Of a stretch of DNA of 64,000 nt, positions 31,106 to 42,648 are shown piece after piece (within the stretch, counting starts at the first letter, position 1; each line of letters starts with the position of its first letter). This DNA is from Escherichia coli (GTDB taxonomy: Bacteria; Pseudomonadota; Gammaproteobacteria; Enterobacterales; Enterobacteriaceae). The stretch lies in NCBI RefSeq assembly GCF_050920415.1, contig NZ_CP169309.1. One strand, written 5' to 3'. The notes beneath the pieces were generated by a model. It made no database searches and was not told the origin of the DNA. It worked only from the letters and a program-made list of their open reading frames with translations. The translations under genes were made by a program, and so were the position numbers.

Positions 31106-33253
31106 ATGAAAAAAGTCGTCACGGTTTGCCCCTATTGCGCATCAGGTTGCAAAATCAACCTGGTCGTCGATAACGGCAAAATCGTCCGGGCGGAGGCAGC
31201 GCAGGGGAAAACCAACCAGGGTACCCTGTGTCTGAAGGGTTATTATGGCTGGGACTTCATTAACGATACCCAGATCCTGACCCCGCGCCTGAAAACCCCC
31301 ATGATCCGTCGCCAGCGTGGCGGCAAACTCGAACCTGTTTCCTGGGATGAGGCACTGAATTACGTTGCCGAGCGCCTGAGCGCCATCAAAGAGAAGTACG
31401 GTCCGGATGCCATCCAGACGACCGGCTCCTCGCGTGGTACGGGTAACGAAACCAACTATGTAATGCAAAAATTTGCGCGCGCCGTTATTGGTACCAATAA
31501 CGTTGACTGCTGCGCTCGTGTCTGACACGGCCCATCGGTTGCAGGTCTGCACCAATCGGTCGGTAATGGCGCAATGAGCAATGCTATTAACGAAATTGAT
31601 AATACCGATTTAGTGTTCGTTTTCGGGTACAACCCGGCGGATTCCCACCCTATCGTGGCGAATCACGTAATTAACGCTAAACGTAACGGGGCGAAAATTA
31701 TCGTCTGCGATCCGCGCAAAATTGAAACCGCGCGCATTGCTGACATGCACATTGCACTGAAAAACGGCTCGAATATCGCGCTGTTGAATGCGATGGGCCA
31801 TGTCATTATTGAAGAAAATCTGTACGACAAAGCGTTCGTCGCTTCCCGTACAGAAGGCTTTGAAGAGTATCGTAAAATCGTTGAAGGCTACACGCCGGAG
31901 TCGGTTGAAGATATCACCGGCGTTAGCGCCAGTGAGATTCGTCAGGCAGCGCGGATGTATGCCCAGGCGGAAAGCGCAGCCATTCTGTGGGGCATGGGTG
32001 TTACCCAGTTCTATCAGGGCGTGGAAACCGTACGTTCTCTGACCAGCCTCGCGATGCTGACCGGTAACCTCGGTAAGCCGCATGCGGGGGTAAACCCAGT
32101 TCGTGGTCAAAACAACGTGCAGGGGGCCTGCGATATGGGCGCGCTGCCAGATACTTACCCTGGCTACCAGTACGTGAAAGATCCGGCTAACCGCGAGAAA
32201 TTCGCCAAAGCCTGGGGCGTAGAGAGCCTGCCTGCACATACCGGTTATCGCATCAGCGAGCTACCGCATCGCGCAGCGCATGGCGAAGTGCGCGCCGCGT
32301 ACATTATGGGCGAGGATCCGCTGCAAACGGATGCGGAACTGTCGGCAGTACGTAAAGCTTTTGAAGATCTGGAACTGGTCATCGTTCAGGACATCTTTAT
32401 GACCAAAACCGCGTCGGCGGCGGATGTCATTTTACCGTCAACGTCGTGGGGCGAGCATGAAGGCGTGTTTACTGCGGCTGACCGTGGCTTCCAGCGTTTC
32501 TTCAAAGCAGTTGAACCGAAATGGGATCTGAAAACGGACTGGCAGATTATCAGTGAAATCGCCACCCGTATGGGTTATCCGATGCACTACAACAACACCC
32601 AGGAGATCTGGGATGAGTTGCGTCATCTGTGCCCGGATTTCTACGGTGCGACTTACGAGAAAATGGGCGAACTGGGCTTCATTCAGTGGCCTTGCCGCGA
32701 TACTTCAGATGCCGATCAGGGGACTTCTTATCTGTTTAAAGAGAAGTTTGATACTCCGAACGGTCTGGCGCAGTTCTTCACCTGCGACTGGGTAGCGCCA
32801 ATCGACAAACTCACCGACGAGTATCCGATGGTACTGTCAACGGTGCGTGAAGTCGGTCACTACTCTTGCCGTTCGATGACCGGTAACTGTGCGGCACTGG
32901 CGGCGCTGGCTGATGAACCAGGCTACGCACAAATCAATACCGAAGACGCCAAACGTCTGGGTATTGAAGATGAGGCATTGGTTTGGGTGCACTCGCGTAA
33001 AGGCAAAATTATCACCCGTGCGCAGGTCAGCGATCGTCCGAACAAAGGGGCGATTTACATGACCTACCAGTGGTGGATTGGTGCCTGTAACGAGCTGGTT
33101 ACCGAAAACTTAAGCCCGATTACGAAAACGCCGGAATACAAATACTGCGCCGTGCGCGTCGAGCCGATCGCCGATCAGCGCGCCGCCGAGCAGTACGTGA
33201 TTGACGAGTACAACAAGTTGAAAACTCGCCTGCGCGAAGCGGCACTGGCGTAA
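31106..33253 (+). CDS. fdhF: Formate dehydrogenase H (selenocysteine-containing molybdoenzyme); in-frame TGA at 31523..31525 decoded as Sec
   Basis: Track ORFs 31106..31525 and 31574..33253 are in the same frame, separated only by one TGA (codon 140); N-terminal Cys cluster CPYCASGCKINLVV; 715 aa total. Confidence 0.93.
31523..31570 (+). other. SECIS stem-loop directing Sec insertion at the fdhF UGA
   Basis: tgacacggcccatcggttgcaggtctgcaccaatcggtcggtaatggc immediately 3' of the UGA, matching the fdhF SECIS as recalled. Confidence 0.85.
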
Positions 33254-33265
33254 TACAGTCCTTTC

Positions 33266-33296
33266 TACAGCCTCCTGTCGGAGGCTGTTTTTTTAT
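33266..33296 (+). terminator. Intrinsic terminator after fdhF
   Basis: cagcctcc-tgtc-ggaggctg hairpin followed by a run of 8 T. Confidence 0.8.
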
Positions 33297-33346
33297 CCAT
33301 TCGAACTCTTTATACTGGTCACTCCCTACCCAATCGTATTATCAAA

Positions 33347-34036
33347 ATGAAAAAAATTATCGCATTGATGTTGTTTTTGACATTCTTTGCCCATGCGAAC
33401 GGCTCCGAGCCTGGCAGTCAGTATCTCAAGGCTGCAGAGGCTGGAGACCGACGCGCACAATATTTTCTTGCCGACAGCTGGTTTAGCTCCGGCGATTTGA
33501 GCAAAGCCGAATATTGGGCACAGAAAGCCGCCGACAGCGGTGATGCTGATGCCTGCGCGCTGTTAGCGCAGATCAAAATCACCAATCCGGTCAGTCTGGA
33601 CTATCCACAAGCAAAAGTTCTTGCAGAGAAAGCGGCGCAAGCGGGCAGTAAAGAAGGTGAAGTAACGCTGGCGCATATTCTGGTAAATACGCAAGCGGGT
33701 AAACCGGATTATCCAAAGGCGATTTCGCTGTTAGAAAACGCCTCTGAAGATCTGGAGAACGACTCCGCCGTCGATGCTCAGATGCTGCTTGGTTTGATTT
33801 ACGCTAACGGCGTGGGCATTAAGGCCGACGATGAGAAGGCAACCTGGTATTTCAAACGCAGCTCTGCGATTTCACGAACCGGTTATTCCGAGTACTGGGC
33901 GGGAATGATGTTCTTAAATGGTGAAGAAGGTTTTATCGAGAAGAACAAACAGAAGGCGCTGCACTGGCTGAACCTGAGCTGTATGGAAGGGTTTGATACC
34001 GGGTGTGAAGAGTTTGAAAAATTAACTAACGGTTAA
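33347..34036 (+). CDS. yjcO: Sel1-repeat (TPR-like) periplasmic protein
   Basis: 229 aa; signal peptide MKKIIALMLFLTFFAHA; repeated A-x-YWAQKAADSGD / LAQI / KAAQAGS motifs typical of Sel1 repeats. Confidence 0.82.
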   Translation: MKKIIALMLFLTFFAHANGSEPGSQYLKAAEAGDRRAQYFLADSWFSSGDLSKAEYWAQKAADSGDADACALLAQIKITNPVSLDYPQAKVLAEKAAQAGSKEGEVTLAHILVNTQAGKPDYPKAISLLENASEDLENDSAVDAQMLLGLIYANGVGIKADDEKATWYFKRSSAISRTGYSEYWAGMMFLNGEEGFIEKNKQKALHWLNLSCMEGFDTGCEEFEKLTNG

Positions 34037-34037
34037 T

Positions 34038-34222
34038 GTAGGCCTGATAAGGCGCGCCAAGCGTCGCATCAGGCATTGATGTCGGATGCGGCGTAAACGC
34101 CTTATCCGACCTACAAAATCACCCTAAATCAAGCTATTGCGCAGTCTGGCGTAGGCCTGATAAGACGCGGCAAGCGTCGCATCAGGCATCCACACATTGC
34201 CGGGTGTATGTCCCCGGCAATC
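34038..34222. repeat. REP/BIME cluster
   Basis: Several gcctgataaggcgc...gcgtcgcatcaggc and gtcggatgcggcgtaaacgccttatccgacctac units between yjcO and gltP. Confidence 0.75.
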
Positions 34223-34227
34223 CTCAA

Positions 34228-35541
34228 TTATTGATCCGCAGTTTTATCAAATTTGCCCAGCACTTCGCGCTCATAAGCCAGCGCTTTCTTACGGTCAAAT
34301 TTGTGTTCCCACTTGGCAATCACCAGCACCGCCAGCGCATTACCCACCACGTTCAGCGCAGTACGCGCCATGTCGAGGATACGGTCAACACCGGCAATAA
34401 ACGCCAGACCTTCCAGCGGGATCCCTACGCTGCCCAGCGTTGCCAGCAACACCACAAACGACACGCCCGGCACGCCAGCAATCCCTTTCGAGGTCACCAT
34501 CAGCGTCAGCACCAGAATGATTTCCTGCCAGATGGACAGGTCAATGCCATACAACTGCGCGATGAAAATAGCGGCAATACTTTGATACAGCGTCGAACCA
34601 TCAAGGTTAAAAGAGTAACCGGTCGGCACCACGAAACTGGTGATCGACGCCGGTGCACCATAGGCTTCCATCTTCTCAATAATTCGCGGCAGCACGCTTT
34701 CAGAGCTGGCAGTGGAGTACGCCAGAATCAGCTCATCTTTCAGAATACGAATCAGGATCCAGACGCTTAACCCGCACAGGCGCGCCACAATTCCCAGCAC
34801 TACCAGCGCGAAAAACAGAATGGCGAAATGCACCAGCAGCACCAGTTTCGCCAGTGGCCACAGAGACGAGAAACCAAAGTTAGCCACCGTCACCGCAATC
34901 AGCGCAAACACACCCACTGGCGCATAACGCATCACCATGTGAGTCACTTTAAACATGGTTTCAGAGATGGAGCGGAACACGGTCACCAGCGGTTCACGAT
35001 GCGTTGCGGGCAGGGAGGAAAGCCCCAGACCAAACAGTACCGAGAAGAAGATGATCGGTAACATTTCGCCTTTCGCCATCGACGCCACAATATTCGTCGG
35101 CACCAGAGACAAAATCGTGCCCATAATACCGTGGGAACTGCTCTGTACCGCTTCTGTAGTGCTCTGATATTTCGAGATATCGACGGTTGCCAGCTGCGAC
35201 ATATCCACCCCGGCACCGGGCTGGAAGACGTTCGCCAGGGTGATCCCCAGAATGATGGCGACAGTGGTGATCACCTCGAAATAGATAATGGTTTTCGCGC
35301 CAATACGCCCGAGCTGTTTGGCATCACCAACACCCGCAATACCCACCACCAGCGTGGAGATCACAATCGGCACAACAATCATTTTGATCAGATGGATGAA
35401 GATATCACCCGCCGGAGAGAGCAAATTGACGACCAGCCATTCGCGACTGTCGCTATGGTAGTGCAGGTAGCTTCCCAGGAGAATGCCCAGCACCATAGCA
35501 AACAGAATCTGCCAGGCCAGGCTGAATTTTATATTTTTCAT
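34228..35541 (-). CDS. gltP: Proton/glutamate-aspartate symporter
   Basis: 437 aa from MKNIKFSLAWQILFAMVLGILLG; the track ORF extends 41 codons upstream and was trimmed. Start coordinate taken from the track frame. Confidence 0.9.
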   Translation of the reverse strand: MKNIKFSLAWQILFAMVLGILLGSYLHYHSDSREWLVVNLLSPAGDIFIHLIKMIVVPIVISTLVVGIAGVGDAKQLGRIGAKTIIYFEVITTVAIILGITLANVFQPGAGVDMSQLATVDISKYQSTTEAVQSSSHGIMGTILSLVPTNIVASMAKGEMLPIIFFSVLFGLGLSSLPATHREPLVTVFRSISETMFKVTHMVMRYAPVGVFALIAVTVANFGFSSLWPLAKLVLLVHFAILFFALVVLGIVARLCGLSVWILIRILKDELILAYSTASSESVLPRIIEKMEAYGAPASITSFVVPTGYSFNLDGSTLYQSIAAIFIAQLYGIDLSIWQEIILVLTLMVTSKGIAGVPGVSFVVLLATLGSVGIPLEGLAFIAGVDRILDMARTALNVVGNALAVLVIAKWEHKFDRKKALAYEREVLGKFDKTADQ

Positions 35542-35881
35542 CAGAATAACTTCCTCAATGGAGCGCCGTTCCCGTTCAGAAACGCGAGAACGTGACATAC
35601 TGCCAGGGCATGAATTGTGTTGCGTTGGTTTGTAGATTTTTTTAACGCTTATAATCAGTATCATTTGCGCGGTATGTTGCGCAACCCTTTAACAACAGAG
35701 CTTTTCGCTGCATTAATGCATAATAACGCGAGTTTATGGTAGGATTAATGAATAACCATTTGTTATGGAAAGATTTTTATTTGTTTAATCTGCAATAATA
35801 CTGATTGGTGATTATTTTTGGTATATGTTCATTCGATTGTTTTTTATGCAGCTCAATAACATAATCTTCATCACCAAATGA

Positions 35882-36478
35882 TTAATCCGATCTTCGCTGC
35901 AACAATTTCGCCATATTAATCGACTCGACCAGCTGTGTCCGGTTGATCCGGGGTGAGTTGAGATCCATCACTTTTTGCCATAATCCGATGGCCTGCGCGT
36001 AGTTCGCCTGCATAAACGCATCGGAAGCCAGCAGCATCAGAGCGGTGATTTCGTTAGAGTCCAGCGCGAGGGCTTTGTCGATCATTGCGCGAGTCTGGGC
36101 GGTCATATGCTGGCTGGCCTGGTAATACAGCACCGTCGCCAGCGCCGCATACAGTTCAGCGTTCTCACCACGTAGTTGCAACGCCTGACGGTACGCCAGC
36201 AGCGAATTGCTGTAATCGTTTTGCCACAGATAATACTCGCCCAGTAACGCCCATTGTTCGCTGTTTTGTGGATTAGCGCGGATTTTATCCTGCAATGCCT
36301 GAAGCTGCGCTTCCGGGGTTTGCTGGCTGGCAAACTGATGTAGCGGATCGCGCTGACGCTGATACTCCGCACGTACCGCCTGCCATTTTGGGCTTAACAG
36401 ATAACTGCCGACACAGAGAAATACCATAAATATCGTGAGTGTTGTCAGCATTTTCACCGGTATTTGAGGCTGTTTCAT
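35882..36478 (-). CDS. nrfG: Cytochrome c nitrite reductase biogenesis protein NrfG (TPR)
   Basis: 198 aa from [20 protein letters not shown]; TPR repeats; last gene of the nrf operon. Confidence 0.88.
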   Translation of the reverse strand: MKQPQIPVKMLTTLTIFMVFLCVGSYLLSPKWQAVRAEYQRQRDPLHQFASQQTPEAQLQALQDKIRANPQNSEQWALLGEYYLWQNDYSNSLLAYRQALQLRGENAELYAALATVLYYQASQHMTAQTRAMIDKALALDSNEITALMLLASDAFMQANYAQAIGLWQKVMDLNSPRINRTQLVESINMAKLLQRRSD

Positions 36479-36858
36479 CGCTTCGCCCTTACCCGCCAGA
36501 GGATCAGTATCATCAGCAGTAACAACACCACTGGCAGCGCCCACAACATCAGCGTCTGACCGGTTAACGGTGGGTTATAGCGAACAAAATCTCCGTAGCG
36601 TTCGGTCATCCAGCCAATGATTTCGACTTCACTTTTCCCCTCCGCCACCATGCTGTAAACCTGATGGCGCATACTGACTGCCACCGGCGCATTGGATTCC
36701 AGTAAGTTCTGATTCTGGCATTGCGGACAACGTAACTGGCTGGCAATAGTTAACGCCTGTTCCTGTTGTTGCGGATTGGCGAATTGCCAGGTGTCTACAA
36801 CCTGAGCGCGCGCAAAACAGGTAAATAACAGCAGTAGCGTGAGAAGCCCTTTATTCAT
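36475..36858 (-). CDS. nrfF: Heme lyase subunit NrfF (CcmH-like)
   Basis: 127 aa; CcmH motif LRCPQCQNQ. Confidence 0.88.
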   Translation of the reverse strand: MNKGLLTLLLLFTCFARAQVVDTWQFANPQQQEQALTIASQLRCPQCQNQNLLESNAPVAVSMRHQVYSMVAEGKSEVEIIGWMTERYGDFVRYNPPLTGQTLMLWALPVVLLLLMILILWRVRAKR

Positions 36859-38533
36859 CGCGCTTCCTCCCCCGCCATCCGCTTAACAATGCGCCCGCAA
36901 TCATCAACAATCCTCCCCCCCAGATCCAGCGCACACCGCGTTGTACATACAAACGAAAAGCGTAACGATCCGGTCCGGTTTTCTCGCCCATGACCGCATA
37001 CCAGTCATGGATGCCGTTCCAGCGAATTGCCGGTTCCATCATTTGCTGACGACGTGCTTCGTAAAAACGCCGCTCCGGCGTCAGTTCACCAATGCGTTGC
37101 TGATGGTCAAACAGCGCCACTATCGCTTTTTCGCTGGTGTAATTACCTTTGGCTTGCAGATCGAGGCGCTCAAAACGGAAGGTATATCCTGCCAGAGTCA
37201 CCTGCTGACCCGGCTGTAAATTCAGGCTGATCTCCTGACGGCTGACGCTTGAAACCACGATCCCCGCGGCAAATAACAGCACACCCGCATGCGCCAGCAG
37301 CGCCGGAAGCTGCACGCGTTTGCCAGAGACAAACGTCGCCAGCACAATCACCACCAGCATCAACAGACCAAACGGTAACGTCGCGCGGTTAAAATACGGC
37401 GCGCCAACGGAGAGGCGTCCCCAGCCCAGCAGGCCGTAAATCATCGGATAAAGCGTTCCCACCAGCACGATCAGTAGCACTGCGCAAAACAGCAACAGCG
37501 TAGCGAGGATTAACATTTCCCGCGATAACCCCGAAAAATGCACCGCCGGGCCACCGTCCCGCGCTCGCCAGCCATACAGAGCCAGAGACACAAGGCTAAT
37601 CAACGCAAACAGGCTGAACAACGGCACGGCGCGGACGTTATCCAGTGCGAACGCATGAACCGAAACCAGAATGCCAGAGCGGACAATTAAGGTGCCCAGC
37701 AGCGACAGCATCAGAGTAACTATCGCCAGTAACAGCGACCAGTGGCGGAAAATCCCCCGCTGGCGTGTCAGGGACAAACTGTGCAGCAGCGCAGTGGCAG
37801 AAAGCCAGGGTAATAAAGAGGCGTTTTCCACCGGGTCCCAGAACCACCAGCCGCCCCAGCCCAGTTCGCAATAGGCCCACCAGGAACCAAGGATGATCCC
37901 CGCAGTTAATGCCCCCCAGCCTGGTAGTGCCCAACGCCAGCAAATTCGGGCGCTGGCAGCATCAAACTCACCGCGCAGTAGACTCGCCAGCGCCACACTC
38001 GCCGCCACCATCAAACCACCATAGCCGAGATAAAGCAGCGGCGGATGAAAGATAAGACCGGGATGTTGCAGCATCGGATTGAGATCGCGACCTTCGATTG
38101 CTGGCGGAAATATCCGCGCAAACGGATCGGACCACAGCACCACAAACAGTAGCAGTGCGGTGAGCATGAGAGATAAAACGGCTAGCGTCAGCGGAAATAG
38201 CGGATCGGTTTGCTGCCGATAATGCCAGGCAAACAGCGCACTCCACGCGGAAAGGAGTAGCACCCAAAGTAGCAACGAACCTTCATGCCCTCCCCACACT
38301 GCCGCCAGTTTGAGTTCCCACGACAGCAGGCTGTAGCTATGTTGGGCGACATAAATGACCGAGAAATCGCTGATGAGAAAACAATACGTCAGTACGCCAA
38401 AGGCGAGCAGCAGGAGCGCGAACTGCGCCAGAGTGCCGATGCAAGTGAGTCGCATCATGGCAGGCCAGCGCAACCGCACTCCCGCAAAGGTTGTCAACGG
38501 GGTCAACACGTTGACCCCAAGACTTAACAACAA
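36851..38533 (-). CDS. nrfE: Heme lyase subunit NrfE (CcmF-like); exact start uncertain
   Basis: 560-aa track ORF; polytopic membrane protein with WWD-like region (WAYCELGWGGWWFWDPVEN). Confidence 0.85.
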   Translation of the reverse strand: MLLSLGVNVLTPLTTFAGVRLRWPAMMRLTCIGTLAQFALLLLAFGVLTYCFLISDFSVIYVAQHSYSLLSWELKLAAVWGGHEGSLLLWVLLLSAWSALFAWHYRQQTDPLFPLTLAVLSLMLTALLLFVVLWSDPFARIFPPAIEGRDLNPMLQHPGLIFHPPLLYLGYGGLMVAASVALASLLRGEFDAASARICWRWALPGWGALTAGIILGSWWAYCELGWGGWWFWDPVENASLLPWLSATALLHSLSLTRQRGIFRHWSLLLAIVTLMLSLLGTLIVRSGILVSVHAFALDNVRAVPLFSLFALISLVSLALYGWRARDGGPAVHFSGLSREMLILATLLLFCAVLLIVLVGTLYPMIYGLLGWGRLSVGAPYFNRATLPFGLLMLVVIVLATFVSGKRVQLPALLAHAGVLLFAAGIVVSSVSRQEISLNLQPGQQVTLAGYTFRFERLDLQAKGNYTSEKAIVALFDHQQRIGELTPERRFYEARRQQMMEPAIRWNGIHDWYAVMGEKTGPDRYAFRLYVQRGVRWIWGGGLLMIAGALLSGWRGRKRDE

Positions 38534-38588
38534 CGCCAGAAAACCGACTTCAGGAAGGAATACGTCCAGAAACCACCTCTTTTCTGGC

Positions 38589-39545
38589 TTACGCCACCGT
38601 CAACTGCCCAGCGTAGAGAATGAAAAAGCGCAGCATCAACACCCCGACCAGGCTGGCCCCACACGCCGCCAGCACGGCAGGAATCCCGGAACTGCGATTG
38701 ACCCACGGTTTGAGCAACATTGGCACAATCAGCCCCAGCCCGGCGACACCAAGCCAGAACCACCACGTCCAGAAACCGCCGCCCAATGCCGCCACCAGCG
38801 CACGCACTTTACCGTCATCGCCCAGGGCCAGACCGACGAAAAACGCCACCAGCAGGAAGATTTCGCCCCATACCACAGGGATTTCCATACGGTGAACAAA
38901 GTGCGCTTCCGTGGAATGCGGGTTACTGCGTTGGCGTATCGCCATAGCGATCAACGCCACCGCCGCACCGGACGAAATGCCGGAGAAGAGGAATAGCACC
39001 GGCAGGATCGGGTTATTGAGGAACGGATATGATTTCAGCGCCGACAGCAGAAAGCCGGTATAAGCCCCCAGCAGCACCGCCAGCACCAGCATCAATGTTT
39101 CCAGTCCGCGATGAACGGGCGTCAGCAGACTCAGAACCTTTTGTACGATCCCCAGCTTCGGCAACCAGCGTTGTTGCAGGGCAAGCAAATCATGTTCAAA
39201 GATTTTCGCCAGCCACAGCACCAGCACCACCATGTAGAGCTGAAACAGCATCACCCCCATCGACATCACCGAGGTAAAACTGTAGTGGAACATCAGCTTC
39301 CAGAAGGTCCACGGTCTTGTCAGGTGGAAGACGAGGATCAACAGACCGAGGATCACCGCGCCAGGCCCGACAATCAGCGTGGTGCGCAGCAACGTACTGT
39401 CTGCACCGCCCGCCTGCGGGTAGAAGCGACGTAACAGCACGGCCAGCGTCACCAGACCGGCAGAAATACCAATCAAAAACAGGTAGATGGCAATCGGCCA
39501 GTCCCACACCAGCGATTCAAAATGAAATGCGGAAGTCTGCGTCAT
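38589..39545 (-). CDS. nrfD: Membrane quinol dehydrogenase subunit NrfD
   Basis: 318 aa; polytopic NrfD/PsrC family. Confidence 0.9.
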   Translation of the reverse strand: MTQTSAFHFESLVWDWPIAIYLFLIGISAGLVTLAVLLRRFYPQAGGADSTLLRTTLIVGPGAVILGLLILVFHLTRPWTFWKLMFHYSFTSVMSMGVMLFQLYMVVLVLWLAKIFEHDLLALQQRWLPKLGIVQKVLSLLTPVHRGLETLMLVLAVLLGAYTGFLLSALKSYPFLNNPILPVLFLFSGISSGAAVALIAMAIRQRSNPHSTEAHFVHRMEIPVVWGEIFLLVAFFVGLALGDDGKVRALVAALGGGFWTWWFWLGVAGLGLIVPMLLKPWVNRSSGIPAVLAACGASLVGVLMLRFFILYAGQLTVA

Positions 39546-40213
39546 TGGCTCACCTCCCCGTATTTAAACGGTACGCGGTACAGCTTCGGTTTGGTTCCCA
39601 GCGCCAGCTTGTAGCGGTAAGTGGGCTTCTGGCGTAGCAGTTGTGAAATCTCACTGTTGGGATCGTCCAGATTGCCAAACGTCAGCGCCTTCGTCGGGCA
39701 AGCCTCAACGCACGCGGGGAGCTTACCGGCCTGCAAATTGGTCTTACGGCAGAAATCGCATTTGTCCGCCGTCTTCGTGACCGGATGGATAAAGCGCACA
39801 CGGTACGGACAGGCGGCGATGCAGTACTGACAACCGACGCAGAGATCCGGGTTAACATCGACAATCCCGCTGGCAGCATCGCGAAAAGACGCACCCGTTG
39901 GGCAGACGTCAACGCACGGTGCATGGTCGCAGTGCTGGCAAGACTTACGAAAGAAGCGATATTTCACATCAGGAAATTCGCCCTGCGGCTCGCTACGAAT
40001 AATTGTCAGGCGCGAGACGCCTTCCGGCACCTTGTTCACTTCCCGACAAGCATCCATACAGGCAGTACAGCCGATGCATAACGACTCGTCATGCACCATG
40101 CCGTAACGCACCCCATTGATATTCAACGTTTTCGCCACCACGCGTCCTGCGGTGCCGCTGACGGCTGCCAGCACGCCGACGCCGGTGAGAAACTGGCGAC
40201 GAGACCAGGTCAT
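39542..40213 (-). CDS. nrfC: 4Fe-4S ferredoxin-type subunit NrfC
   Basis: 223 aa; Tat-like leader ([16 protein letters not shown]), multiple CxxCxxCxxxCP clusters. Confidence 0.9.
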   Translation of the reverse strand: MTWSRRQFLTGVGVLAAVSGTAGRVVAKTLNINGVRYGMVHDESLCIGCTACMDACREVNKVPEGVSRLTIIRSEPQGEFPDVKYRFFRKSCQHCDHAPCVDVCPTGASFRDAASGIVDVNPDLCVGCQYCIAACPYRVRFIHPVTKTADKCDFCRKTNLQAGKLPACVEACPTKALTFGNLDDPNSEISQLLRQKPTYRYKLALGTKPKLYRVPFKYGEVSQ

Positions 40214-40776
40214 GGCTGCTCCTTAAGCAACGGAACAGACGCCGGGTTAAAGTTCGGATTGGTGCGCTGATCGCTGTGGCAATCGACGCAAATCTTAATC
40301 CGTCCTTTGTCACTTAACGTCTGCATCGTATCTTGCTGTGGATGCAGGGAATGGCAGCTGGCGCACGCCACTTTGGTTACGTGGACATCGTGCGGCCAGA
40401 ACGCTTTTTGCAACTGTTCCGGCAGATGGCAGGACATACAGACGCTGTTCTGCTCTCCAACCTTGTACATCGGCTCGTTAAAGCGCATCACATCTTTCAC
40501 CCCTTCGCGGTGTTGCGGTGATGGCTGGCCGTGACAGTTGGTGCAGGTGACCGGCAGTTTGTTATTTGGGTTGATAACAGAAGCATGTTTGCCATGCATA
40601 CCTTCGGTATCTGGTTTATGACAGTCCAGACAGGCGGCATCCGGGTTACGCTGCTGGGTAACTTCGTAGCAATCACCAGATGCCTGCGCCGCAGGGGTAG
40701 CGGTAATTCCGTTCAGGCTCCACAACAGGCCCGACGCCAGCACCCCGGCAGTTAATAACGAACGTAATACGCTCAT
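40210..40776 (-). CDS. nrfB: Pentaheme cytochrome c NrfB
   Basis: 188 aa from MSVLRS; five CxxCH motifs (CLDCH, CTNCH, CMSCH, CASCH, CVDCH). Confidence 0.9.
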   Translation of the reverse strand: MSVLRSLLTAGVLASGLLWSLNGITATPAAQASGDCYEVTQQRNPDAACLDCHKPDTEGMHGKHASVINPNNKLPVTCTNCHGQPSPQHREGVKDVMRFNEPMYKVGEQNSVCMSCHLPEQLQKAFWPHDVHVTKVACASCHSLHPQQDTMQTLSDKGRIKICVDCHSDQRTNPNFNPASVPLLKEQP

Positions 40777-40820
40777 ATTCACTCCATTGTGTTTTCCGCC
40801 CCTTGCGAGGCGGAACGGGG

Positions 40821-42299
<1,479 letters not shown>

Positions 42300-42373
42300 T
42301 TATTGTTTTCACGACAGTAACCGCACCTACACTGCCATGACATTGCTCGCTCCTATGTGTAACAAATAACCAC

Positions 42374-42387
42374 ACTGTGAATGTTGT
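42374..42387. promoter_or_regulatory. FNR-like site in the nrfA/acs divergent control region
   Basis: TTGTC-TTTA-ATCAA, one mismatch from TTGAT-N4-ATCAA, about 120 bp upstream of the nrfA ATG. Confidence 0.35.
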
Positions 42388-42648
42388 CTTTAATCAATTG
42401 TAAGTGCATGTAAAATACCACTTTAGAGTTAGTCAGTATTTTCCTCTTTTTCAATAGCATGCATAACTGCATGTTCCTCAAAGAATTAATCAACTTTTGT
42501 TGGTGGCCTTCAAAAATTACCCTGCCGTTTATTTGCACAATTCTACTTTTGCGTGATCTGTCGCCCAAATACTAAACAAAACTGCCAATACCCCTACATT
42601 TAACGCTTATGCCACATATTATTAACATCCTACAAGGAGAACAAAAGC

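Noticed and set aside
35575-35585. Apparent extra A in an A-run near the gltP 5' region when counting bases by hand (would frameshift the upstream extension)
   Set aside because: The ORF track reads straight through, and the discrepancy is upstream of the chosen gltP start; most likely my own counting error. Flagged only as a caution that hand-derived coordinates may be off by 1.
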